From Promethearchaeota archaeon (GTDB lineage: Archaea > Asgardarchaeota > Lokiarchaeia > Sigyniarchaeales > SOKP01): a stretch of 49,564 nt of DNA. The notes under the pieces were generated by a model. It did no database searches. It had not been told where the DNA came from and saw nothing but the letters and a program-made list of their open reading frames with translations. How positions within the stretch are numbered: position 1 is the stretch's first letter; each line of letters opens with the position of its first letter. Made by a program: the position numbers and the translations under genes. The stretch is taken from assembly GCA_029838195.1 (NCBI GenBank), contig JALGVJ010000027.1, positions 1 to 49,564 on the forward strand. Reading direction: 5' to 3'. Below, one piece after another: positions 10,163 through 19,614 of the stretch.

Positions 10163-11107
10163 TTAATACTTCAAGTAAAGAGATTCAAGCTTGCCCTTGA
10201 TTTGTTTGCTTCGACTTCGGAGCGTTACCTCCGTGACCTTTGCGACTTCCGATACCTCCGCTTGCGTGCGGCGGCAATTGCTCGCTTTCGCCGCCATATA
10301 TACGACTGATGCGGCTAATCCTTTCGGATCTTTACCCGTTCTTAATAATCCATTTTTTGATGCTTGAATTAACAAGTTTATAGCCTTCTTTTGTACCTCC
10401 ATGGGGAGACCTAAATCATTTCCGAATCTAAATACCAATTGCTCGGCGGTGATGGGTCGATATTTTAAACCAAGTTCGGGCAAAACTTCCTTGACCACCA
10501 TTCCTAAAGACCGATGGACCGTTCTCCTCGGCGTCATGGATGCCTCACATACCTCTTCAAGGAGCCGAGGGAATTCATGTACTCTAATGGCGGCATAGAG
10601 CGAAGCTGCTATGAACCCATCGATTGACCTGCCCATCGTGAGCTTCTTTCGTGCTACAACGCTATAAATCTTCCAAGCGGTTTCCTTAATATATTCAGGA
10701 ATGTTTAATTTGCTTGTTAGCATTTTTAGCTTCGGTTTCGCTTCCCAAAAGTTCCTTTCGATACTGGAAATAAGAGAATTTTGAATTTTGGATAAGCGTG
10801 AAAATAAAGTCTTCCCTTTCGCTCCAATTAAGCGCCCTTTAGAATCTATCTTCGAATTTGGCAGCATGGTTCTTGGACCGAATTCTCTCCATCTAGGTTC
10901 TGTCCGTCTTCGCTTATTTACTTCTTCTACCGTGTAGGCTCTTCTTTCGTGGCCAACGAGGTTTTGGGATACGATCATTCCACAGTTCAAGCATACATTA
11001 TCGCCATCCCGAGATTCAATACAAGGATTATCGCAACAATCTTCAATATCTTGACTCAATTCCGAGCAATCCTTAGCCCGCAATCTTTCTTTATAGTTGG
11101 GATTCAT
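10163..11107 (-). CDS. tfb: Transcription initiation factor IIB (TFB)
   Basis: N-terminal Zn ribbon (CC...CLNCG), two cyclin repeats (MGRS..IAASLYAA; TGKDPKGLAA) and C-terminal HTH RTQAEVSEVAKVTEVTLRSR. Confidence 0.95.
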   Translation of the reverse strand: MNPNYKERLRAKDCSELSQDIEDCCDNPCIESRDGDNVCLNCGMIVSQNLVGHERRAYTVEEVNKRRRTEPRWREFGPRTMLPNSKIDSKGRLIGAKGKTLFSRLSKIQNSLISSIERNFWEAKPKLKMLTSKLNIPEYIKETAWKIYSVVARKKLTMGRSIDGFIAASLYAAIRVHEFPRLLEEVCEASMTPRRTVHRSLGMVVKEVLPELGLKYRPITAEQLVFRFGNDLGLPMEVQKKAINLLIQASKNGLLRTGKDPKGLAASVVYMAAKASNCRRTQAEVSEVAKVTEVTLRSRSKQIKGKLESLYLKY

Positions 11108-11453
11108 GGGAGTTCACAATTTTCATGGTTTATTCCTCGATCCAGAAGCTTGATCGAGTAAATGCGGTAAAATTTAAAAATTGTTGCATTGATATCATGG
11201 TATTTTAATATAGTGATGCACGTGGTGAGTAATAATACTAGTTTTAGAACTAATATTTTTTTCCCATGCTCATGATACCTTTTTAGTTATTTTACTAATA
11301 AGACAAAATATTATTTAAATATATATCTCATGAGGTTGTAGTGATCGTATTAAAACATGGAAATGGGAAATGGCACCCAATTTTTCAATAATTCGATCTG
11401 GCTCGTGTTTTATTAGCAATATGGCTGGAAATAAAGAGAGTGGAGGGTTTACT

Positions 11454-12743
11454 TCAAGAGAGACGGTATAGAGGGAGCACTTGAGGGCCGTTGGGCAAAA
11501 TGAGTATGCTGGCGTCTCTTCCGTGATTTTTTAAGCTCTCCTCAATGGCATTTTCGACCGAGGATGCATGTTTCAAACCGATATTTCCAATATCGTCCTT
11601 GCCCAATCGTGATACGATAAAAATTTCAGCTTTCATGAGAATTCGTGTGAGGATTTGAATTTCCCATTGATCAGGAACCTCAATCGTACCATTCAGAATT
11701 TCCTCATGAATTTTTTGAGGGGATTTCCCCGAAAAGATTAGCTGTCGGAAATTTTCATGTCCTACACCTTCGGATAGTTCATTCACGGCGATGATGGTGC
11801 CGTTTTCTTTTACAGCCATTTCTCCAATAGCCATGCTTTTTACGGCTTGATAAAGATTTAAATCAAGGGGAAAGCCTCCATTCCCGCAGACCACGATGTC
11901 GTAGAGATGCTCAATTTCTTTAAACACGTGGTTCATTTGATAATCAACTAAAAGGCGATGGACTTCATTGCAATCATCTCCGGCGGCGATTCTCGTGATC
12001 TCGTGATTCTTATTAATACATACATTAATGGTGAAATTTACCCCCACTTTTTTCATGATTTCCACGGCATTTTCATGGAGGGGATTTCCTTCGAGCATGC
12101 CAAACCGGGCTCTTGGAGAGGCTATGTTTTTAGCGGAATGATTTGCTTGTATGGTCTTTTCCCCGGCAATGCCCGGCACAATCGATTTTCGGCCACCGGA
12201 AAACCCCATGAAAAAATGAGGTTCCACATAGCCAGTTATTATTTTCAAATCACTTTCAAGGTATTCTTTGTTGATGAAGATAGGAACGCCTGACGCCGTT
12301 CCTAAATATTGCATTGTTTTCCCATCCGACGCCACGTGATTGATGATCATTTGATTCTTGATGAGTTCTTTTCCTAATATCCGTTCTATTTCTTCTTGCG
12401 TGGTCAGACGATGCAAGCCCGTTGCAACTAAAATAGTAATGTGTTTCTTGTTAATGCCCTGTTCCCTCAATTCTTCCATGAGTGGTTCGATTATTAGGCG
12501 AGAGGGAACGGGCCTCGTGGAATCACTCATGACAATGCATGCTTTCTCAATCTTTCCTTTTTCTGCAATCACTTCTCCCAAGGATTTCATCCCTTCGGGA
12601 TTTGTAATGGCTTTTCTTATGGCTTCACGGGGCTTTCCTAAGGCAGGTTGAGTCTTGGGTGTCATGATCGTATAATTCCAATTGGGGTTCAAATTTACTT
12701 TTAACCCACGGATACCATAATCTAACATTACAAATTTAACCAT
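11454..12743 (-). CDS. larA: Nickel-pincer-dependent lactate racemase LarA family
   Basis: SDSTRP, ATGLHR, EPHFFMGFSGGRKS..PG, PLDLNLYQAVK, PDQW; start reassigned to ATG 12743 (MVKFVMLDYG, 429 aa), which overlaps the upstream stop codon. Confidence 0.9.
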   Translation of the reverse strand: MVKFVMLDYGIRGLKVNLNPNWNYTIMTPKTQPALGKPREAIRKAITNPEGMKSLGEVIAEKGKIEKACIVMSDSTRPVPSRLIIEPLMEELREQGINKKHITILVATGLHRLTTQEEIERILGKELIKNQMIINHVASDGKTMQYLGTASGVPIFINKEYLESDLKIITGYVEPHFFMGFSGGRKSIVPGIAGEKTIQANHSAKNIASPRARFGMLEGNPLHENAVEIMKKVGVNFTINVCINKNHEITRIAAGDDCNEVHRLLVDYQMNHVFKEIEHLYDIVVCGNGGFPLDLNLYQAVKSMAIGEMAVKENGTIIAVNELSEGVGHENFRQLIFSGKSPQKIHEEILNGTIEVPDQWEIQILTRILMKAEIFIVSRLGKDDIGNIGLKHASSVENAIEESLKNHGRDASILILPNGPQVLPLYRLS

Positions 12744-14496
12744 GACGTGTCTCTCTCCTTGCATGTAGTATTTCTCGAGCTTTTTCGAAGATTTCATGCG
12801 TGGGAACGCCTGAAGGGCACATGTAATTGCAATTTCCGCAGAGACTACACGCATGAAATATCTCATTAATTAAAGAAGTGGGTTCTAATTCTCCATGAAC
12901 CAATCCATTAAGGAGACATAATCGTCCTCTGGGAGAATACGGCTCTATATGAAAATATTTTTTTGAAACGCATGTTTCTTTACAGAATCCGCATCTCATG
13001 CATCTTAATTCTAAGATCTCATTATTTAGGTTTTTTAGCGTCCTTCTTTCTTGAATTTCATCAGTATAACTCCATGTTCTCAGGCCTTTTCCCGTTCCGG
13101 GATTTAAAATGTGTTTGGGATCAAAGAGATTTTTTATTTTTTCCATCATGTCAAGTACTTCTTTTTCATGCTCACCTTCCATGAAGGAGATTTTTATTTT
13201 CCCTATACCATGTTCTCCCGTGATGCTTCCTCCAGAAGGAATGATAATTTTTTCATATAAATATTTTTTTGCCAATTCAAATTCAAATACATCATGGGGA
13301 TCATTTTCATTAAAGAGGAAAGTAGGATGGATGTTGCCTTCCATGTGGCCAAATGTAGCGACTTGTACTCTGCTTAGTTTGAGATTCTCAGATATTTTTT
13401 CTATTTTTTTAATCACGTCAGAAAAAGAGCTAATTTTAATAGTACAATCTTCCAAGCAACAAGAGGGCGCTATTCTTGACAGGGCAGGTAATGCGGCTTT
13501 TCTTGCTCCAATTAATTTCTCTCGCTCGGCATCATTTTTCGCTGATTTACTCAAGATGGGGTTGTATTTTTCCATGATCAAATTTAACTTTTCGAATTCC
13601 TCTTCGATTCCTTGAGCACTTCTACTTTCCACGTCCGCAAGAAGAACATATCCTAAGGGATATTTGGAAAATTCTCCTCCGAGATTTTCGAAGACTGCCC
13701 GTGTCGTGAGGAGATCTAGGAATTCTAGCAAGATGGGAACAAAGCCTTGTTTTCTTAATTCCAGCACGGCATTTCCCAAATCATCTATGGTTTTGAATAT
13801 ATAAAATCCCAATTTCCTATAGGATGGAAGGGGCTTGATCCTGAGACTTATTTTTGTGAACACGCCTAACGTGCCTTCAGACCCTACAAATAAATCTTTA
13901 AGATTATAAGAAGATACAGATTTTAAGACTTCCTTGCCCAACTTTATGATACTCCCATCTGCTAACACGCATTCTAATGCTAACACGTAATCTTTTGTAA
14001 CGCCGTATTTAAAAGCTTGCACGCCTCCAGAATTGTTAGCTACCATGCCACCAATCGTGCATGCTTGGGAGGAGCCGGGGTCAGGAGGAAAGAAATAACC
14101 AAAGGGTTTTAAGTAGGTGTTCAAGTCATCACAGATTACACCAGGTTCTACTTCCACCACATTATTTTCTATCTCCACCCGTAAAATATTATTCATTTGG
14201 CTTAAATCTAAGACGATTCCTCCATAAGGAGTTAAAGGTCCTCCGGATAAAGAGGTTCCCGCTCCACGTGCGATAACGGGAATGAGATTTTCATTCGCCA
14301 CTTTTAAGATTTTTGAGATTTCTTGCGTGTCATGTGGAGTTAAAATAACATCAGGAACCCAGTTTTTTCGAAACACGATCGGACCAAAAGCATAGACGAA
14401 TCGAATTTCTTTTTGATCGAAAAAATTGCTTTCGCCCACGATTTTCCTGAGTTGTTCCTTGATTTCTTTAGAGATCTTATTATACCGATTTTCCAT
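12736..14496 (-). CDS. FAD-linked D-2-hydroxyacid (D-lactate/glycolate, GlcD-like) dehydrogenase with C-terminal 2x[4Fe-4S] domain
   Basis: ARGAGTSLSGG, FPPDPGS, TIGGMVANNSGG, GSEGTLG, GHMEGNIH, TGEHGIG, LNPG, followed by CMRCGFCKETC and CSLCGNCNYMCP. Confidence 0.92.
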   Translation of the reverse strand: MENRYNKISKEIKEQLRKIVGESNFFDQKEIRFVYAFGPIVFRKNWVPDVILTPHDTQEISKILKVANENLIPVIARGAGTSLSGGPLTPYGGIVLDLSQMNNILRVEIENNVVEVEPGVICDDLNTYLKPFGYFFPPDPGSSQACTIGGMVANNSGGVQAFKYGVTKDYVLALECVLADGSIIKLGKEVLKSVSSYNLKDLFVGSEGTLGVFTKISLRIKPLPSYRKLGFYIFKTIDDLGNAVLELRKQGFVPILLEFLDLLTTRAVFENLGGEFSKYPLGYVLLADVESRSAQGIEEEFEKLNLIMEKYNPILSKSAKNDAEREKLIGARKAALPALSRIAPSCCLEDCTIKISSFSDVIKKIEKISENLKLSRVQVATFGHMEGNIHPTFLFNENDPHDVFEFELAKKYLYEKIIIPSGGSITGEHGIGKIKISFMEGEHEKEVLDMMEKIKNLFDPKHILNPGTGKGLRTWSYTDEIQERRTLKNLNNEILELRCMRCGFCKETCVSKKYFHIEPYSPRGRLCLLNGLVHGELEPTSLINEIFHACSLCGNCNYMCPSGVPTHEIFEKAREILHARRETRHG

Positions 14497-14578
14497 GAGA
14501 AAAAACGATCTTGAGTTTTTAAATTAGATATACTACATTAGAAAAAATTTTCGGTTTTTTAATTTTATCTATTAATTC

Positions 14579-15463
14579 TTATAATGTGGTAAATACCTCC
14601 CCCGAAAACCCCCAAGAACGTAATAATTCCTCAGCCTCCCCGGATATTTTATCTAAGAATTCCTTAACAGAAAGAATCTCATCCACGTGTCCTGCTGCCA
14701 TGCTCCAAATGCTCTTGTCTTTTAATTGATGGTGATAAATTTGGTTATAGAAATCCTCATTAAAAATGTCTTGATTGATTATTCTTTTTTTATAAGTATT
14801 TGACGCAGGACATTCTTTTGTTGCTAATATTGCAGTTCCAAAGCAAACAGCATCAGCACCCATCGCAATAGCCGCTAGAAATCCTCTAGCATTACCGATT
14901 CCTCCCGCCGCAATGATGGGAACGCTCAACATCTTTCTTGCCATGGTGATATTTACTAATGTCGTGTTTTGAAGGGGATTTTTAAAGCCCGTGCCTTCAA
15001 TTCCGACTAATGTAATAGCATCTGCGCCCATTCTTTCTGCAGTTAATGCATGTTTCAAAAGAGTACACTTATGGAACCAAGTACCACCTTTAGATTTAAA
15101 TTTTTTTCCTATAACATCCGAACGATATGCGGAAGTGGTACAAATTTTTACGCCCTCGTCGATTGCTACGTCCATGAATTCTAAATAAAAATTCTCATTC
15201 CGCGGTTTAGGCACGTTTTTGGCCATCATGGGAGGCATGATGGAAAAATTGACGCCGAAAGGCTTGTTGGTCAAATTAAATGTTTTATTAATCGCTTCCC
15301 GAAATTGTTCTGCGGAGGGGTAATTAATAGCCGTGAGAATGCCCAATCCTCCAGCATTAGAAAAAGCTGCGGTGAATTCTGGTCTTCCCAAGCCTGCGAA
15401 GGCTCCTTGGATGAAAGGGTATTTAATTTTCACGAGTTCAGTTATTTTAGTTTTCCATTGCAT
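14579..15463 (-). CDS. Nitronate monooxygenase / FabK-like FMN oxidoreductase (divergent)
   Basis: PFIQG, NAGGLGIL, KPFGVN, PIIAAGGI, MGADAVCFGT..ATKE. Confidence 0.85.
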   Translation of the reverse strand: MQWKTKITELVKIKYPFIQGAFAGLGRPEFTAAFSNAGGLGILTAINYPSAEQFREAINKTFNLTNKPFGVNFSIMPPMMAKNVPKPRNENFYLEFMDVAIDEGVKICTTSAYRSDVIGKKFKSKGGTWFHKCTLLKHALTAERMGADAITLVGIEGTGFKNPLQNTTLVNITMARKMLSVPIIAAGGIGNARGFLAAIAMGADAVCFGTAILATKECPASNTYKKRIINQDIFNEDFYNQIYHHQLKDKSIWSMAAGHVDEILSVKEFLDKISGEAEELLRSWGFSGEVFTTL

Positions 15464-15877
15464 GGTATTATACCAAAATATGGATTAAAAAAAATGAAAT
15501 ACATTTTAATAATATTTTAATTTACCAAATACATTTTAAAAGAAAAAGGTTAATATTTAATCGAAGATAAAGAAAAAAGAAATTCCGTAAAAGGAGAAAC
15601 GGTTGAACAAGTAAAATACCTACTTATTTGATTATTTCTATTTAAGTACTTATAAATATTTAAAGAAATTAAAAATTCTATAAAAATCAAGCTTAAGTGA
15701 GTTCTTGAAGAAATATCTCTTTAAAATAAGGCTTCAGATAAGGATCATAATGATCATTTTATTCTTTTAATTCTAATTTCAGAATTTAAATACTTGAGAG
15801 ATTAGTTATAAAATAGAATACTTAAATTTATATAAATCCGGTTAGTCTATTTTTATAATGTGAATAAAACGGGAAAG

Positions 15878-16249
15878 ATGAGTGATAACACGAGGGTTTT
15901 TATTGTTGATGATGATCAATACATAGTGAAATTATTGAGCGTAATATTAGAGAAAAATGGATTTGAAATAATGGGTCATGCATTTAATGGAAAAATGGCA
16001 ATTGAAAAATTAAAATTATTACATGAAAAACCAGATGTGATTATCATGGATTATCGGATGCCCATTATGAATGGCATTGAGGCCACAATTCATCTAAAGG
16101 AGATTTGCAATCATTCTAAAATAATATTTGCCACCGCTGATAATGAGATAAGAGAAGAAGCCTTACAAATAGGAGTGGCTGATGTTATTAGTAAACCTTT
16201 TGAAATTGACATGTTGATAAAATCCATAAAGAAGGCTTCAAATTTTTAA
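15878..16249 (+). CDS. Stand-alone response regulator receiver (CheY-like)
   Basis: VFIVDDD, PDVIIMDYRMPIMNG (phospho-Asp), FAT, SKPF; ATG 15878 preferred over GTG 15860. Confidence 0.93.
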   Translation: MSDNTRVFIVDDDQYIVKLLSVILEKNGFEIMGHAFNGKMAIEKLKLLHEKPDVIIMDYRMPIMNGIEATIHLKEICNHSKIIFATADNEIREEALQIGVADVISKPFEIDMLIKSIKKASNF

Positions 16250-16298
16250 AAAATAATCCAATCCATAATAATAAATTATAAAACAGGTTTAAAGACCC

Positions 16299-17843
16299 AT
16301 GAAAAATGTAGAAAACCAAATATCGGGTGTGACCAAAAGGGGATTTTGTTGGATTTCTGATATAAATGATATTATCTTTCAAGTCAACAATGGAATTGAA
16401 GTTATTTTAGGCATATCTAAATATGAATTAATTGGATCGAATGTTCTAAAAGATTTTACTGAAGAACCTCTAAAATCCTTTCGAATCCTTTATTTAAAGG
16501 CTAAAGCTTCATTAGAAACCTTGTATTTTGATACTCTACGGCTAGAGATGCCTTCTAAAAAGACAATTTATCTTTCAGGGTGGCTCGTTCCTATGATGAA
16601 GGAGGGGAAATTTAATGGTATGATTTGTACAATGAAGGATGTGACTGAAAAGATAGAAACTTTAAAAAAATTAAGAGCTTCAAATAGAGTATTAAAGAGA
16701 AAATTGGATGAAAAGAGAGAAAAACTACGCATTTCTGAAAAAGAATATCAAGAGCTTTTTAATAATATTAATTGTGGAGTAGCGGTATACGAGGCCAAAG
16801 ATGATGGTGAAGATTTTATATTTGTGGATTTCAACTTAGCTGCAGAACGTATCGAACAAGTAAAAAAGGAAGATATTATCGGAAAAAGTATCATTCAAGT
16901 ATTTCCTGGAGTAAAAGAATTTGGACTTTTTAAGGTTTTTCAACGAGTTTGGAGAACGGGTAAACCAGAGGTACATCCTGATCGTTTATATAAGGATCAT
17001 AGAATTGAAGGATGGAGAAGAAATTATGTATACAAATTGCCTACAGGTAAAGTTGTAGCAGTGTATAGTGATGTTACTAGGCAAAAGATTTCAGAGCAAA
17101 AATTAACGAACTCTGAAAAAAGATATAAGGAAGCATATGATTTGGCTAATTTTTACAAGGATTTGTTAGCCCATGATATGAATAATATCCTTCAAGCAAT
17201 TATTTCCTCTCTAGACTATTATGAATTAATTAAGAATGCCTCTTTTGATTCAAAAGAATCGGAGAATATTATAAAGAATATTAGAACTCATACAAAAAGA
17301 GGAGCACGGTTAATATCTAATGTTAGAAAATTAGTAAAATTAGAAAAAATGACCTATAGGTTATATGGAGTCGATGTTCAAGAAGAATTGGAAAAAGCAA
17401 TTCGAAATACTATAAAATCTTTTAATGATAAGAATGTAAAAATTTCTCTCAAGAGAAAGATTCAAGACATGGAAGTTAAAGTTTTAGCAAATGATTTATT
17501 AATAGATATATTTGATAATCTTCTCAATAATGCCGTGAAATTTAATTATAATGAGAAAGAGATTATAGTAGATATAATCATTTCTGAAGTAAATATCGAA
17601 GGAATTGAATATATCAAATTTGAATTCATTGATCGAGGTATAGGCATTCCTGAAGAGCGAAAAAAAAATTTATTTATAAGGGCTTATAATAAAGACATTA
17701 GTAAAAGAAGAATGGGATTGGGGCTTTCTCTCGTTCAAAAAATTATTACAATGTATGGAGGGAAGATTTGGGTGGAAAATCGTGTTGAAGGAGATTATAG
17801 TGAAGGAAGTAATTTTATAGTGCTATTAAAAAAAGTCTCATGA
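16299..17843 (+). CDS. Soluble PAS-PAS sensor histidine kinase
   Basis: Two PAS-like segments (ending MKDVTE and YSDVT), H-box LAHDMNNILQ, N-box NLLNNAVKF, DRGIGIP, MGLGLS, GGKIWV. Confidence 0.93.
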   Translation: MKNVENQISGVTKRGFCWISDINDIIFQVNNGIEVILGISKYELIGSNVLKDFTEEPLKSFRILYLKAKASLETLYFDTLRLEMPSKKTIYLSGWLVPMMKEGKFNGMICTMKDVTEKIETLKKLRASNRVLKRKLDEKREKLRISEKEYQELFNNINCGVAVYEAKDDGEDFIFVDFNLAAERIEQVKKEDIIGKSIIQVFPGVKEFGLFKVFQRVWRTGKPEVHPDRLYKDHRIEGWRRNYVYKLPTGKVVAVYSDVTRQKISEQKLTNSEKRYKEAYDLANFYKDLLAHDMNNILQAIISSLDYYELIKNASFDSKESENIIKNIRTHTKRGARLISNVRKLVKLEKMTYRLYGVDVQEELEKAIRNTIKSFNDKNVKISLKRKIQDMEVKVLANDLLIDIFDNLLNNAVKFNYNEKEIIVDIIISEVNIEGIEYIKFEFIDRGIGIPEERKKNLFIRAYNKDISKRRMGLGLSLVQKIITMYGGKIWVENRVEGDYSEGSNFIVLLKKVS

Positions 17844-18307
17844 AATAGCGAAATTCGACTTAATTCTTTCCACTTATTTCAGTTATTTATTAGAGGTTAA
17901 GGCATTTGAGGAGGAATACAACAAGATCGAGCGTATTTACATTATTGCATTTGGTATTTTTACTTTCTTCTTTGCTCTCATCGTACATGATGGATTAACC
18001 ATTCTTTTAGATGTTCTGGCATTTCTTTTCATTCTGATCTACGTCGGTTCTGTATATATTCTTTTACTCATCAAAGTTTTTTCTACTTATAGCGTTCTTG
18101 AAGAAAAGAAATTCAAACAGCATTTTGGCCTTATCCTTTATGGCGGCATGCATTTTACTCGTATTTCTTAATTTATTATTGGATCAAGTGATCATTTTAT
18201 TCACGGGGCAAGGGTTTACACAATTATATTTTCTCAGTTGGAGTTTTGGAATATTAGCAATAATGAGAACGTATATGGGCTACATTCGTCCAAAATCAAC
18301 GGGATAG
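17842..18307 (+). pseudogene. 5'-truncated, frameshifted multi-pass membrane protein remnant
   Basis: A start-less open frame from about 17842 (EIAKFDLILSTYFSYLLEVKAF...IAFGIFTFFFALIV...LLDVLAFLFILIYVGSVYILLLIK...EEKKFK) continues in another frame (NSILALSFMAACILLVF...YMGYIRPKSTG) if 1 nt is restored near 18116. Confidence 0.6.
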
Positions 18308-18461
18308 GAAATATTTTAGAGAAATTACTTTAGCTAAATGGGGAAAAGAAATGAGTGAGGATTTATTAGTAAAGTAACAATATATTGATATGGATAGTAG
18401 TATAAATGTTCCCCTTCATCTCCTCAATTTTAATTGTTAGAATAAAATAACTTTCTCTATT

Positions 18462-18875
18462 ATGGTAAAAGCACTACAAGATATTTGGATCTTAACGGAT
18501 ACTGGGACCACATTATTTAGCAGGGTGTTTCATGAGAAATTACCCGATCAATTTTTCGGTGCATTAATGTCTGCGCTCAATAAGTTTGCGGAAGAAATTG
18601 ATAAGGGTGGGTTATCTCATTTTCAAATGCGAAGTAAACAATTTAGCATATTAAAGCAAGAAAATTTATTATTTGTTGCTAGTTCCGATCCTAAAAAAGT
18701 GAGTGAAAAAAAAGCTTTAAATGAATTAAAAAAAATTGCGGCTATTTTTTTTAAAGAATATGGAGAAATAATAAAAAATTGGGATAATGACATTAGCGTG
18801 TTTGAAGGATTTGATAAAAAAATAGAAGAATCTTTAGAGGGGGTCTTAAAAAAGTTCCAAAAAACATTTTGGTAA
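18462..18875 (+). CDS. Longin/roadblock-like small domain protein (Asgard eukaryotic-signature type)
   Basis: 137 aa with the pattern IWIL..TG.TLFSR / DQFFGALMSALNKFAEE / three strands ending LLFVA / C-terminal helices, matching longin-like topology. Confidence 0.65.
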   Translation: MVKALQDIWILTDTGTTLFSRVFHEKLPDQFFGALMSALNKFAEEIDKGGLSHFQMRSKQFSILKQENLLFVASSDPKKVSEKKALNELKKIAAIFFKEYGEIIKNWDNDISVFEGFDKKIEESLEGVLKKFQKTFW

Positions 18876-19017
18876 TTCTTTCCCTCGATTCCTTGTTTCT
18901 TTTAATTTATACAATCGAAAAAAATATAAGAGGGAAAAGATATTTTTTTATTGAATTGAATAAAAGAAATATTTCATGGATAATTTAAAAAAGAAAACCA
19001 ACGAGGAATTAAAATAG

Positions 19018-19341
19018 ATGAGAAAAAAGACACTTCCCATTGATCGTGATTCAAGTGAAGAGGAATCAAGACCAACAGCTCAAAAGGAAAAGGACAAATT
19101 AACAACTTTTCTCTTTAGTGATCCGAACGCCATGTTAAAAAGTTTAATGATACCCCGTTTTTTAGGCTCCTATCATTTAAAAGAAAAACTCGTTTCTAAT
19201 GAATTGAGCGTGGCTAACTTAGTTCAAAATAAAGTACAAATGAAACTTAAAAGCGCCGTTTACAATCCCATTACTCTGAGTTTAATCATGATTGCTTTGG
19301 CCTTTAATCTTTTCTGGTTATTCTTTTTGCTTTTCAGATAG
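19018..19341 (+). CDS. Hypothetical tail-anchored membrane protein
   Basis: 107 aa with a single hydrophobic segment at the extreme C-terminus. Confidence 0.6.
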   Translation: MRKKTLPIDRDSSEEESRPTAQKEKDKLTTFLFSDPNAMLKSLMIPRFLGSYHLKEKLVSNELSVANLVQNKVQMKLKSAVYNPITLSLIMIALAFNLFWLFFLLFR

Positions 19342-19614
19342 CAAGCTTTTCCCAACCTCTTCATTAAATGAAAACTTAAACCCTTCCCTAAAACCGTGAA
19401 AAATAGTTCTTTTTCATGGTAGTGTGCTTTTTCAAGGTTCTCTTTTTTAACCTTAGTTTGTAAAATAAAACATTTTTTCTCTCCTTGAATAACGTTTAAA
19501 AATATATGGCCCGTTAATTTAAAAAAATTTTAAGAGCTTCATTTATTTTCTTACTTAAATTCATAAAATTTATGTTCATGATTTTTTTAATTAAGGTGGA
19601 AAGGTCAATAAAAC

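Noticed and set aside
12744-12866. N-terminal 41 aa of the tracked LarA ORF
   Set aside because: Overlaps the Fe-S domain of the upstream gene; ATG 12743 gives a normal LarA N-terminus
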